A stretch of 63,951 bases of DNA, counting the filler. It is 5 parts of 5 records of this genome, joined end to end, with 100 filler letters (N's around TTAATTAATTAA, not from the genome) between each part and the next. Parts side by side here need not be neighbours in the genome. Positions count along the whole stretch, not along the records: positions 19,574 to 41,798 come from DRR723986_10580; positions 41,899 to 58,061 come from DRR723986_10582; 3 more parts are not named here. One strand, written 5' to 3'. The notes beneath the pieces were generated by a model. It was not told the origin of the DNA, ran no database searches, and saw only the letters and a program-made list of their open reading frames with translations. The position numbers and the translations under genes are program-made. Positions 41,477 to 51,258 of this stretch are shown in pieces; positions within the stretch are counted from its first letter, which is position 1; each line of letters starts with the position of its first letter.

Positions 41477-41714
41477 TGCCGAGTGGTGCGAGCGAGCTTT
41501 GCTAACTTCATTCCACGGACCAAAGACGTTCACCAAGGCCGACTCCGCCTATGTGGACGATCGAAAGCCTTGGCTTGATCGTGGTCGATCGCCACATAGG
41601 CGGAGTCGGCCAAACGAACAACGGCTTCTGGGGATGAATGTCTGAGAGTCTCCAACCACGGCGGATCGCCGCAGCAAGCTAGTCTTAGTTCGGCTGCGCC
41701 ACGCACCACCGGCA
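41477..41714 (-). ncRNA. putative retron msr-msd RNA
   Basis: Terminal inverted repeats 41702-41714 and 41477-41490; short msr-like stems; perfect 20-bp stem 41537-41556/41592-41611; directly upstream of the RT. Confidence 0.8.
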
Positions 41715-41722
41715 GTACCGCC

Positions 41723-41751
41723 AATGTACCGCGCCCACTAACCATTTTCCA
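41723..41751 (-). promoter_or_regulatory. candidate sigma70-type promoter of the retron
   Basis: TGGAAA-17 nt-TACATT ending 8 nt before the first inverted-repeat arm. Confidence 0.45.
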
Positions 41752-41768
41752 GGACCGCAAGTCCCCAC

Positions 41769-41792
41769 CGTAGTGCAGGCAGCCTGCCTGCA
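41769..41792 (+). repeat. GTAG-family REP at the contig end
   Basis: CGTAGTGCAGGCAGCCTGCCTGCA, same family as 27768-27792. Confidence 0.75.
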
Positions 41793-41798
41793 ACCGGC

Positions 41799-41898
41799 NN
41801 NNNNNNNNNNNNNNNNNNNNNNNNNNNNNNNNNNNNNNNNNNTTAATTAATTAANNNNNNNNNNNNNNNNNNNNNNNNNNNNNNNNNNNNNNNNNNNN
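41799..41898. other. artificial contig linker
   Basis: N/TTAATTAATTAA/N spacer. Confidence 0.98.
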
Positions 41899-42051
41899 AC
41901 AGTCGGCATGGCAGCGTCTAACTGCAGGGCGCATCGGAGGTAGTAGCCCGGCCGCGACGGGGCATGGCTCACTGGACTATGTCCGAGGGACTTCGACGCT
42001 GCCTCAACAGGACGCTACCTATCGAGCCACGGAACCAAAGGCTTGAGTGAC

Positions 42052-42094
42052 AAAAATAGAGGAGGCCGCGCAGTTGCGAGCCTGCGCGGCCTCC
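42052..42094 (-). terminator. intrinsic terminator after the C26 gene
   Basis: GGAGGCCGCGCAG/CTGCGCGGCCTCC 13-bp stem, then TCTATTTTT on the minus strand. Confidence 0.8.
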
Positions 42095-42181
42095 CGATAA
42101 CCATCCGTAGTTCTAAAGCTTGGAGAGCATCCTGCTCTCCACTGGGTACCAAACTTTGTCAGCGTTAGATGCTGGTTTGGC

Positions 42182-42949
42182 TTAGGCGGCGCGGACGAGC
42201 ATCTCCTCTCCGGCCTCTTGTGTGCTGAGCTGTGGCTTGGAAAGTGCTTCCAAGAACTCTTCAAAGATGCGGATATCCAGAGCACTCGCGGCTTCGCACT
42301 CTGGGTGGAATTGAGTCGCGATGGCGAACCAATCAACCATTTCGCTTTCCATGACTTCGACAACGCCATCCTGGCATTTTGCCGTAACACGGAAACCTTC
42401 TGCAATGTCGTCAACTGCCATATGATGACGGCTGGTGACGCGGATTTCACCTTCGCCGTAAACACGCCCGATCAGCGAATCAGACTCAATGACCAACGAG
42501 TGGCGGTGGCTTGGGTCTTGCGAGTCACGGTGAGGTAGGCAGTTTGGAATGTCTTCAGGAATGTGCAGTAGCAAGGTTCCACCACAGGTCACGTTCAGAA
42601 GTTGCATTCCGGAGCCAATTGCCAAGACTGGCATGCGTCGTTCAACGATCTCCCGCATCAGCAAGCGGTCGAAGTGTTCGCGACGTGGTTCCATTGGCTT
42701 GGTCGTGGAGTGCAACATGTATCCATCGTTGCGAGGATCCAAGTCAGCACCTCCAACCATGACGAATCCGTCGAGCGTGTCGAGGATTCGGTTCATGCCG
42801 TCGGTGTCCATTGCCGGTGGCAGGATCACCGGAACTCCGCCAGCGCGGGCGATGCTATCGTAATAGCCGGATGCAAGGTAAGAGAAAGAAGGCTGCGATC
42901 CGTTTGCGCCACGAAATTCGGCATTGATGCCAATAATTGGCTTGTTCAT
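42182..42949 (-). CDS. peptidase C26 / gamma-glutamyl-GABA hydrolase-family protein, catalytic Cys absent
   Basis: PIIGI, AGGVPVILPP, GGADLDP, AIGSGMQLLNV, SRHHMAV, QFHPE. Confidence 0.88.
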   Translation of the reverse strand: MNKPIIGINAEFRGANGSQPSFSYLASGYYDSIARAGGVPVILPPAMDTDGMNRILDTLDGFVMVGGADLDPRNDGYMLHSTTKPMEPRREHFDRLLMREIVERRMPVLAIGSGMQLLNVTCGGTLLLHIPEDIPNCLPHRDSQDPSHRHSLVIESDSLIGRVYGEGEIRVTSRHHMAVDDIAEGFRVTAKCQDGVVEVMESEMVDWFAIATQFHPECEAASALDIRIFEEFLEALSKPQLSTQEAGEEMLVRAA

Positions 42950-43529
42950 CTGAGTATCCCTATCAGATTTGTTCTGGTTGCCAGCTTTACGCATGCAAGG
43001 CAGCAGGGATAATTAGCGAACACCGAGCCCGGAAGCTTTGTGCGGGGCATCGATGAAACAGTCATTTGCTTCACTAGAGCCCGGGTGTTTTTTTGAGTTA
43101 CACTGGCTGCCAAATCGCATTACCGTCCCGGTGATGTTTGCCGACTTGGCTGGTCGAGTGTTGATTCAAACGTTTCGCGAATTCCCTGCGAACGATCCTT
43201 GTTTGCTAATTCTGACTTCCGTCAAGCAAAGCGACTTGGCCCCTTGCCAGTCGCGTTAGGGCAAGAGAATAGTGGGGATCTGAGACTAATCAACGGTGCC
43301 CCTAGATTTGGTGCCAGATCCTTTTGCAGGCACAATTGAGTGTGCTAGCAATCACCTACGGCCCCCCGCAACTCGCCGCAACGACTTACTCCCACACTTA
43401 TTGAACACCTTAAAGCGACTCGTTTTCATAGCCTTGCACCAAGTTCAATTCTGCCTACTAACCCTGGTTTTACGGGCTCAAACGAGCATTTAAGACAACT
43501 AAATACGAAGCCCTAAAAGGGAATACACA

Positions 43530-44642
43530 GTGAAATTTCAACGCGTGGTCATTGATTCGATCGGTTTTACGCTGCCGCCGGTCGTCATCTCAAGCGAGGA
43601 CGTCGAAAACCAGCTAGGTGCTACGTATGAGCGTTTGAAGCTGCCTCATGGGCGACTGGAATTGATGAGCGGCATTGCGCAGCGACGCATGTGGGAGCCG
43701 AGAACACCGATTCGCGTGCCGTCGGTCCAAAGCGCGAAATTGGCTCTAGAGAATTCAAGTGTCAATTCTCAAGACGTTGGAGCACTGATTCACGCAAGTG
43801 TATGTCGCGACTATTTGGAACCCGCCACCGCCTGCAGCGTGCACGCTGGACTTGGACTACCGGGCAGTTGCTGGGTCTACGACCTATCCAACGCCTGCCT
43901 AGGATTGCTCAATGGCATGGCACAGATAGCCACTTTGATCGAACAAGGCACTATCAAAGCTGGAATTGTCGTCGGCACCGAAAGCTCGCGATCGCTTCTC
44001 GAAGCGACCATCGCGTCGCTGAACGCCGATACCACTCTCACTCGCAAGACGATTAAACCGCATTTCGCTTCGCTTACCATTGGTTCAGGAAGTTGTGCAA
44101 TCCTGTTGGCTGACCGAAGCCTGTCCCGCCGCGAAAATCCTTTGCGTGCTTGCGTTGCCAATACCAATACGCAGCATCACGCCTTGTGCCAAAGTGACAC
44201 CGATCAAGCTGGTGCACAAATGGAACCACTCATGCAAACCGACTCCGAAAGTTTATTACATGCTGGGGTCAGGGTTGGAAAGGACACTTTCGACCTGCTT
44301 ACGCAAGAAGGTCACTCCGTTGACTCGTTCGACGCATCCGTTTGTCATCAAGTTGGAAGCACGCATCGCAACATGATGCTCGAAGCGATCGGCTTGCCCG
44401 CGGAGCGAGATTACAGCACATTCAGGTGGCTAGGAAACACAGGCGCCGTTGCCTTGCCAACAGCCCTGGCGATGGCCCTCAAGTCGGGCTTCCTCTCTTC
44501 GGGCAGCAGCACTGCGCTCCTCGGTATAGGATCTGGAATCAACTCCGTCATGATGGCCACGGAATTCAACGAAGATTGCGTCGCCGGCGAGCTCGATGCC
44601 ACCGCCGAGGCGCACATCCAGCAGGGGCAAGCGGTATCTTAG
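43530..44642 (+). CDS. 3-oxoacyl-ACP synthase III family, OleA-like condensing enzyme
   Basis: SGIAQRR, SVCRDYLEPATA, DLSNACLG, HQVG, GNTG, GIGSGINS. Confidence 0.85.
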   Translation: MKFQRVVIDSIGFTLPPVVISSEDVENQLGATYERLKLPHGRLELMSGIAQRRMWEPRTPIRVPSVQSAKLALENSSVNSQDVGALIHASVCRDYLEPATACSVHAGLGLPGSCWVYDLSNACLGLLNGMAQIATLIEQGTIKAGIVVGTESSRSLLEATIASLNADTTLTRKTIKPHFASLTIGSGSCAILLADRSLSRRENPLRACVANTNTQHHALCQSDTDQAGAQMEPLMQTDSESLLHAGVRVGKDTFDLLTQEGHSVDSFDASVCHQVGSTHRNMMLEAIGLPAERDYSTFRWLGNTGAVALPTALAMALKSGFLSSGSSTALLGIGSGINSVMMATEFNEDCVAGELDATAEAHIQQGQAVS

Positions 44643-44677
44643 TCCAGTCGTCTTGATCACCCGTCCCCGGTCTCAAC

Positions 44678-46108
44678 GTGGTTGCGGTCGAATCCAAAGT
44701 CGCACCAGCAATTCTCCCGCTTCCTCAAGTCGAAGGGCATGTCATGCAACATCTGGGCTTTCGGGATGCGAGAATCCACATTTTGCCAGGCATGCTCTGT
44801 GTGCTTTCTGTTGTTTCTTTACCGCAGATTGCTTTCAGCGACGACCTTCATATTGCAAGCGGTATTGTCCCCAATGCTCGAAGCTTCAGCCTGAATGAGA
44901 CTGGGGAGCCGAGCTTCGATATCGAAGGGTCCGCCCCCCTATCACCTTCAGGATATTTTGCTTGGGGTAGTTTGCGGCTGCCGCTGGCGGCTGGAGCTGG
45001 CACGGAATCACGAATCGCACGAGCGGCCACGCCACCGAGCCAATATGTGTTGCTTTCTGATGGTAGCCGGATTGCTGGCCAGATACTCGCATCCGATGGG
45101 CTGCAGGTCGTATCGCCACAGTTGGTCAGCACATCTGTTACTTGGGCGCACGTCCGTGGCGTCCTTGTTCATCCGCCCGCAAACCCACAGACCGGTTCTG
45201 ACCTAGTGCAGCAACTAGAGAGCGACGATTCGAACGATCGGGTCTGGCTACGCGATGGCCAAGTCTTGGCAGGCATACTGCAGCCCAAATTCGCAGATGG
45301 TGAATGGGATTTACAGTTGAAATCGGGAAACGACGGGCCTGTCGCAAGTGTGCCCGCCGAAAAGGTGCAGGCTTTTGCAATGAGCGGCGACTTGTTTGAT
45401 GCAGTAGAAGCCATTGAAGGCCAGCTTACCATTGGCACCAAGGATGGCAGCCTGTTCAATGTCCGACAAGCAGAAGTCAGCGCTGGTGGCGTAAAGCTCA
45501 TTCTCGGCTGTGGTGTAGAAGTCCGTCTGCTCAAAGAAGGTTTCTCCAATGTATGCTTTGCTGCACGCGGGGCGCCTTCTATTGCGGCGTCGAACAACGA
45601 TAGCGGCGTCGATCCTGCCGAGAACAAAGAGGTGCTTCACGTGCAACTGCTCGGTGATTCCGTAGCGGCATCCTACAAACAGTCGGGGCAATCGCTCTTG
45701 CAATGGCCGCTTGGCCAGAACGCCGACTGCAGCGGTCGCCCGCTTCGCATCGAGAGTGGCGTTGTACCCAGCGGGATCTCCCTGCATGCGACAAGTCGTG
45801 TTGCCTATAAACTCAAGCCGACCGCCGAGAAATTTCATGCAACGCTCTGTCTGCCTCAAAGGCGAGATTCGCGCGGTGTTCGACCTGTCGCGGCGGACGT
45901 CGAGATCCTGGTTGCCAGGTCAGGCAAATTGGAGCCGCTAGAAAAGATCTCGCTTGATGGAGATTCTAATCTTCAAAACGTGAGTTGCGACCTTCGCGGC
46001 GCGCAGTTGCTGGTCATCGCCGTCCGTGGCGGCTCAGAAGGCACCCGCGGCGAATTCGGCGCAGAAGTTCACTGCTTGAACGCGAGGATCGCCCATCGCA
46101 CAGAATAG
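44678..46108 (+). CDS. secreted planctomycete protein with C-terminal NPCBM/NEW2-like domain
   Basis: Repeated L.DG..(I/L).G motifs; C-terminal G.PLRI....GISLHATSRVAYKL....F.A. Start uncertain. Confidence 0.6.
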   Translation: MVAVESKVAPAILPLPQVEGHVMQHLGFRDARIHILPGMLCVLSVVSLPQIAFSDDLHIASGIVPNARSFSLNETGEPSFDIEGSAPLSPSGYFAWGSLRLPLAAGAGTESRIARAATPPSQYVLLSDGSRIAGQILASDGLQVVSPQLVSTSVTWAHVRGVLVHPPANPQTGSDLVQQLESDDSNDRVWLRDGQVLAGILQPKFADGEWDLQLKSGNDGPVASVPAEKVQAFAMSGDLFDAVEAIEGQLTIGTKDGSLFNVRQAEVSAGGVKLILGCGVEVRLLKEGFSNVCFAARGAPSIAASNNDSGVDPAENKEVLHVQLLGDSVAASYKQSGQSLLQWPLGQNADCSGRPLRIESGVVPSGISLHATSRVAYKLKPTAEKFHATLCLPQRRDSRGVRPVAADVEILVARSGKLEPLEKISLDGDSNLQNVSCDLRGAQLLVIAVRGGSEGTRGEFGAEVHCLNARIAHRTE

Positions 46109-46203
46109 AAACAAAGCATTGGGGCCCCGCTGTGCGATTTGCTCACACCCTGAATCTTGCCGCGTAATTCCGGGCCGCAAAGCGCTCGGGCGAATCGAAG
46201 GGG

Positions 46204-47010
46204 TTAATCCGAAATCACTTTCTCGACGGACTCGGCCCAACCGGTTGGACCGGGCGAGTCCGCGATGAGCCCATTTTCTGTGACGGTAACGAGTACTTCG
46301 CCATTTGGCTGGGGAATGCCGATTGGCACCGATGCAACGTCGAGCATAGATTGATCAATAGGGCTGTCTCCGATGGCCAGCGAACGGGCACTAGGGAAGC
46401 ATTGCTGAATCACTTCCAGCATGGCGGCTCCCTTGGTGGTTTGGCCGGCTAAGTGCCAGAATCTGCCGCCCCGAGTCAGCGTCAGGCCCCGAGCTTGGAC
46501 GGCTTTCCGAAATGCGTTGATCGCGTCGTCCTCATCGTCCCAAAGGAGAGGTTCGGTGGCACTGCGATCCGCCGCTTGTGCCGCCCGCTGGAGGTCGAGC
46601 CCAGTTGCTTCGGCTATTCCATCGACCCCCAAGTCTTGGAAACTGCGAAACTTGTACTCAGCTTTCAGCTCGCCGAGCACTTCCAAAATGTCTTGCCGAG
46701 AAACCCCTAGGACAGTCTTCTGCTGCTCTGTAATTTTCTTTTCAAATTGTTGCTGCGCTGCGTCGGGTTGGCGGCCTGGGCGCAGTGGGTTCCAAAGGAT
46801 TGCTCCACCGTTTTCGCAAATGATGGGTGCTGGAGCGAGGTTCATTTCACTTGCGATCCGCAGCATCTCAGGCTCAGTCTTACTGCTAGCCAGCACGACC
46901 GGAATCCCGAGCTGCTTCGCTCGCTCGAGTGCGGAGATTGCCGGAGCGAAGGAGTACGTCTGCTTATCGAGCAGGCATCCGTCCAAGTCTGAGAAGATAA
47001 CCGTCTGCAT
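46204..47010 (-). CDS. HAD-IIB hydrolase, mannosyl-3-phosphoglycerate phosphatase (YedP/MpgP)-like
   Basis: FSDLDGCLL, ASSKT, ENG, TEP, GGRFWH, KG.A, GDSPID. Confidence 0.88.
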   Translation of the reverse strand: MQTVIFSDLDGCLLDKQTYSFAPAISALERAKQLGIPVVLASSKTEPEMLRIASEMNLAPAPIICENGGAILWNPLRPGRQPDAAQQQFEKKITEQQKTVLGVSRQDILEVLGELKAEYKFRSFQDLGVDGIAEATGLDLQRAAQAADRSATEPLLWDDEDDAINAFRKAVQARGLTLTRGGRFWHLAGQTTKGAAMLEVIQQCFPSARSLAIGDSPIDQSMLDVASVPIGIPQPNGEVLVTVTENGLIADSPGPTGWAESVEKVISD

Positions 47011-47232
47011 TGGTGCACCGCGCTAAATGCTGAATGAATCGAAGTTGCGAGCAAGATGAAAGAGTAGGCAACAAACACAATCTGACCAGAAAAATCTGGG
47101 CCTGCCACCCCAGTTAAGCCGGTGAAGAGATGCTGCCGATCTATCTTGATTCGAGAGAGCATCTTGATTCGAGAGAGCACTGTGAAAGGGCTCCACCGAA
47201 GTGAGGAAAGAAGCACTGCAGACTGCGCAATA

Positions 47233-47281
47233 AAAAACACGGGACTGTGGCGGATGCGACAATCCCGTGTTTGGATTTTTT
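47233..47281. terminator. likely bidirectional terminator after the AP2/H1-like gene
   Basis: AAAAAACACGGGA...TCCCGTGTTT stem with flanking A and T tracts. Confidence 0.65.
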
Positions 47282-47321
47282 GTGCCGCTAACGCCTGGTG
47301 GTTAGTGGCATGCCTTGATGA

Positions 47322-47954
47322 TTATCGACGCTTCTTGGTCGACTTCTTCTTGGCGGTCTTCTTCTTCGTTGCCTTCTTAGCTACTGGAGCTTTCTTGGCA
47401 TTCTTCTTCTTAGCGGTCTTTTTCTTCGCTGGAGCCTTCTTAGCTGCAGGAGCTTTCTTGGCGGTCTTCTTCTTGGTCGCCTTCTTCAGCTTGCCCTTGC
47501 TCTTTTCGAACTTAGCAAGAACTTCTTCACGGTCGCGAAGGCGCTCAGCGCGGCAGATGCAGGCTAGGTCGAAAGCAGCCTTCTTACCGTACTTGTTGAT
47601 AGAGAAGCGAATGTTACGACGCTTGCCATCATCGTCTACCCAGCTTGCGACGTACGATTCGTACTTGCAATTTGGAAAACGGTTGTCTTGATCCCAAGAA
47701 TGGTGAACACCAACAACACCTGTTGTGTTCCGCTTGCCAAGCTTGTCCAAGGAAGTCTCTGGCTCAGGCAGTTCTTCTACCCACTCCTCGTAAACTTCCT
47801 TAGCAACCTTTTCACTCTTTCGCTTGCCGCCGTGCGTCGAATCAGAGATGAATCGTGATCGTTTGATGTCGCCGCGCTTAATGCGGACGAGCCATCCATG
47901 TGCGTTGTTTTCGTCAGAATCGACTCGGGAATAACCCTTGAGTTTGCGAGGCAA
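47322..47954 (-). CDS. AP2-like DNA-binding protein with histone-H1-like Lys/Ala-rich C-terminal tail
   Basis: GWLVRIKR...RFISDSTHGG; RNTTGVVGV...YVASW...RFSINKYG..AAF.LA...R; KKATKK/KKAPAKK repeats. TTG start. Confidence 0.75.
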   Translation of the reverse strand: MPRKLKGYSRVDSDENNAHGWLVRIKRGDIKRSRFISDSTHGGKRKSEKVAKEVYEEWVEELPEPETSLDKLGKRNTTGVVGVHHSWDQDNRFPNCKYESYVASWVDDDGKRRNIRFSINKYGKKAAFDLACICRAERLRDREEVLAKFEKSKGKLKKATKKKTAKKAPAAKKAPAKKKTAKKKNAKKAPVAKKATKKKTAKKKSTKKRR

Positions 47955-49227
47955 TGCTCCGTCTCCTAAAAATTACGTCTGAAACAAACAGTTCAGCTAG
48001 TCATTTGCATTCGGCGGATCATTCCGCACGAAGCAACAATCTATTTGCGTTCGGTTGATGAAAGACTACGACACAAAATCACATTGAGTCGAAATTAGAT
48101 CACCAACACAAACTTAATCTCGCCGATGAGCCACTCACCTGCGAGTCTTTCTCAAAAAAGTATGCGGGGCCGTCCGGTTGGCAGACGTGGTTACGACTGC
48201 CTAACTCTATCAGGCAGAGTAGGCCAGCGAGTAACATCGCATGTCTCTGCATCAAGAGCTGACGGCAAGTTTCAGTTGGATGTCTTATGACGGTCAACAA
48301 TTCTCTGCGACCTGGTCTCAGCCAATTAAAGGCCTGGACGTTCAGGTGTTCAAAAAACAGTTAGTGGTAGAAGACGCTGGTTCCAAAGAGGGCGATTATG
48401 AAACTTGGTTGTTACGGTGGATCTGATCGTCGAGAGAATTCTCAACGCCAGGTCCAACGGACTTAACGCCACTTTTCAACAGTGTAGCGAACAACACCTA
48501 TCTGTGTATGGCATTTCTGCAAAATGCTACCAAAAAAAATCGCTTCCGTGGCAGATCGACATCATGAACCGGATATTGGCTGCTCTAGGTGCACTTGAAA
48601 GTAGGCTAAAGTGGCACACTAGTGTTCGTGTTCTGAACATCGACAGAACCATTCTGCGTACTACTCGATGCTCAATACAGTTGCCAAAAATGCTCGAGAA
48701 TCAAACAATACATTGCCCAAAACGACTTTTACACTCGAATTGCAACATTGCACTCGGCCTGTTTCACGTACGCTGCCAGGGGGTATAACCACGTAGTTCT
48801 CCAGAGCTAATTCTCGCGGCCGCAATATTAGCAAGAAGGCTTGGCGTACTTACGCCAAAGTGCTCAAATCCCGTGTCCGAACCGCTGTAGCGGTATATGC
48901 AAACGCATCCACCGGGTGGAAAAGTGATGTACTTAACGCGGCTGAGCATGTGGTATTCAACAACCAGGTCGAGGGGTAACTAGCTGACAACAGCTCTGTA
49001 GAGCTGTCCGAGTACTTCCCCAGGGGGCCCATGATCAACGATCACGTGGAGCGTCTGAGCTTCATGCCGCGCGAAGTGTTTCGCGAAGAGTGTTTTGAAC
49101 AGGCCTGCACCAATATTTGACAAGGGCTGCACCAAGGAAGGTGTCGGGTCGCTTGCCTACGCAGTAAAACTGTGCCTCAAAAAAAACTGTTGCCTCACCC
49201 CTGTCGCCTTGCTTCCCACGAACACCA

Positions 49228-51216
49228 ATGCCAAGGAACACCCAATTGTCGCGCAATGAACATTCCGAAATCGATCAATGGTTCGACTTCACCGACGACG
49301 ATGCGGCAAAGGTAGCCACCAAGGGCGAGGGCCCCGGCGGGAAACTGACGCTGACGGACCAGATGCTGCGTAATTGGCCAAGTGGCGACCTGTTCGGGCT
49401 AACGCAGAACGCCGGGATGGGCTGGGATCCTCAAATGATGGCCGGTTCTCAATTCCTCATTTTGAGCACCATGGGCGGACTTCGAGCAGAGGATGGCGGG
49501 CCAATTGCACTTGGCTATCACACCGGACACTGGGAAGTCGGCTTGCAAGTTCGTGCGGCCGCAGAAACTTTCACTGCATCCGGATGTATCCCTTACGCTG
49601 CCTACTGTAGCGACCCCTGCGACGGACGGACGCAAGGCACCACGGGAATGTTCGATTCCTTGCCATATCGTAATGATGCAGCCGTAGTCATGCGCCGGCT
49701 GATCCGTTCGCTTCCGACTGGTCAAGGCGTTTTGGCAGTGGCGACGTGTGACAAGGGCCTGCCGGCTGCGATGATGGCCGTCGCCGGTAGTCAGCATCTG
49801 CCGGGGATTATCGTTCCTGGAGGCGTTACGTTGCCGCCCGTTCAAGGCGAGGATACCGCTAAAGTTCAAACCATTGGTGCGCGATATGTTCACGGCGAAC
49901 TGACACTGGAAGAAGCTGCCGAGGCTGGTTGTCGAGCGTGCGGTAGCCCCGGAGGAGGATGTCAGTTCTTAGGAACCGCTGCGACCAGTCAAGTTGTAGC
50001 CGAAGCAATGGGAATCACTGTCCCCCATGCGGCTCTTGCGCCAAGTGGACAACCTGTGTGGCTAGACATGGCTCGTTATTCGGCCCGAGCCCTAATGCGA
50101 CTGAGCGAGCAACGCCTGACGATCGCCGATATTCTGACGCAAGATTCAATTCACAATGCGATTGCCGTGCATGCTGCATGCGGCGGTTCGACCAATCTCC
50201 TTCTGCACATCCCTGCCGTTGCACATGCCGCTGGACTCAAACGCCCCGAGGTGGAAGACTGGCACGAGATCAACCGAACCGTTTCCCGGTTTGTTGATGT
50301 CCTGCCCAATGGCCCAGCGAACCACCCAACGGTTCGTTTGTATCTGGCCGGCGGCGTACCTGAAATCATGCTCCATCTACGCGAGCTTGGCGTCGTGCGA
50401 ACGCACTGCAAAACGGTCAGTGGCCACACCTGGGATGAAATCTTGGACGCGTGGAAGGACAGCACGCGCCGCAAGCAGATGCGACAACTCTTGCGAGACC
50501 GTGACGGTGTCGACCCTGACGACGTGATCATTCCACCAGCAGAAGCTAAGCGACGTGGAATGACCAGCACCGTCGTATTTCCTCGCGGCAACCTTTGCCC
50601 TCAGGGGGCCGTCATTAAGGCAACCTCAATCGACCCTTCGGTTGTGGGCGACGACGGCGTGTACCGCCACACTGGTCCGGCCAAAGTGTTTCCATCAGAG
50701 AAGGCTGCCATAGCGGCCATCAAGGGCCAAGGAGAACAGACCGTCGAGCCTGGCGATGTCCTGGTACTGATCGGCTGTGGTCCGATGGGGACAGGCATGG
50801 AAGAGACTTACCAGCTTACCAGTGCGCTGAAACATATTCCCTGGGGAAAGCATGTCGCCATTGTCACCGACGCTCGCTTTTCGGGCGTAAGCACAGGAGC
50901 TTGCATCGGTCATGTCGGCCCAGAAGCCCTGGCTGGTGGCCCGATCGGGAAGGTCTGCGATGGCGATACGGTTGAAATCGTGGTTGATCGCACTACACTC
51001 TCCGGTAGCGTCAATTTGATCGCTGAAGATGCCGACGCAGTATTGCGGGACCGTTCCGGGCATCCTGAAATGCGTCCTGATCCGCGGCTACCAGATGACA
51101 CTCGACTGTGGGCCGCGCTCCAGCAATTCGGCGGTGGCACTTGGGGCGGTTGTGTATACGATGTCGACGCGCTGTGCGACGGTCTCTATTCGCACCTCAA
51201 ACGCAATGACGCTTGA
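49228..51216 (+). CDS. YjhG/YagF-family D-xylonate dehydratase (IlvD/Edd superfamily)
   Basis: [60 protein letters not shown]. Confidence 0.92.
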   Translation: MPRNTQLSRNEHSEIDQWFDFTDDDAAKVATKGEGPGGKLTLTDQMLRNWPSGDLFGLTQNAGMGWDPQMMAGSQFLILSTMGGLRAEDGGPIALGYHTGHWEVGLQVRAAAETFTASGCIPYAAYCSDPCDGRTQGTTGMFDSLPYRNDAAVVMRRLIRSLPTGQGVLAVATCDKGLPAAMMAVAGSQHLPGIIVPGGVTLPPVQGEDTAKVQTIGARYVHGELTLEEAAEAGCRACGSPGGGCQFLGTAATSQVVAEAMGITVPHAALAPSGQPVWLDMARYSARALMRLSEQRLTIADILTQDSIHNAIAVHAACGGSTNLLLHIPAVAHAAGLKRPEVEDWHEINRTVSRFVDVLPNGPANHPTVRLYLAGGVPEIMLHLRELGVVRTHCKTVSGHTWDEILDAWKDSTRRKQMRQLLRDRDGVDPDDVIIPPAEAKRRGMTSTVVFPRGNLCPQGAVIKATSIDPSVVGDDGVYRHTGPAKVFPSEKAAIAAIKGQGEQTVEPGDVLVLIGCGPMGTGMEETYQLTSALKHIPWGKHVAIVTDARFSGVSTGACIGHVGPEALAGGPIGKVCDGDTVEIVVDRTTLSGSVNLIAEDADAVLRDRSGHPEMRPDPRLPDDTRLWAALQQFGGGTWGGCVYDVDALCDGLYSHLKRNDA

Positions 51217-51258
51217 TCCAAAGACGAGCGTCTCCCAGCTAGCCGGGCAACGTCAGGT

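Noticed and set aside
41530-41793. 87-aa ORF upstream of the RT as a retron effector
   Set aside because: It starts inside a REP and runs through the predicted promoter and msr-msd; no protein-like features.
47142-47178. 18-bp direct duplication ATCTTGATTCGAGAGAGC x2
   Set aside because: Adjacent copies with nothing between them; simple slippage rather than a target-site duplication.
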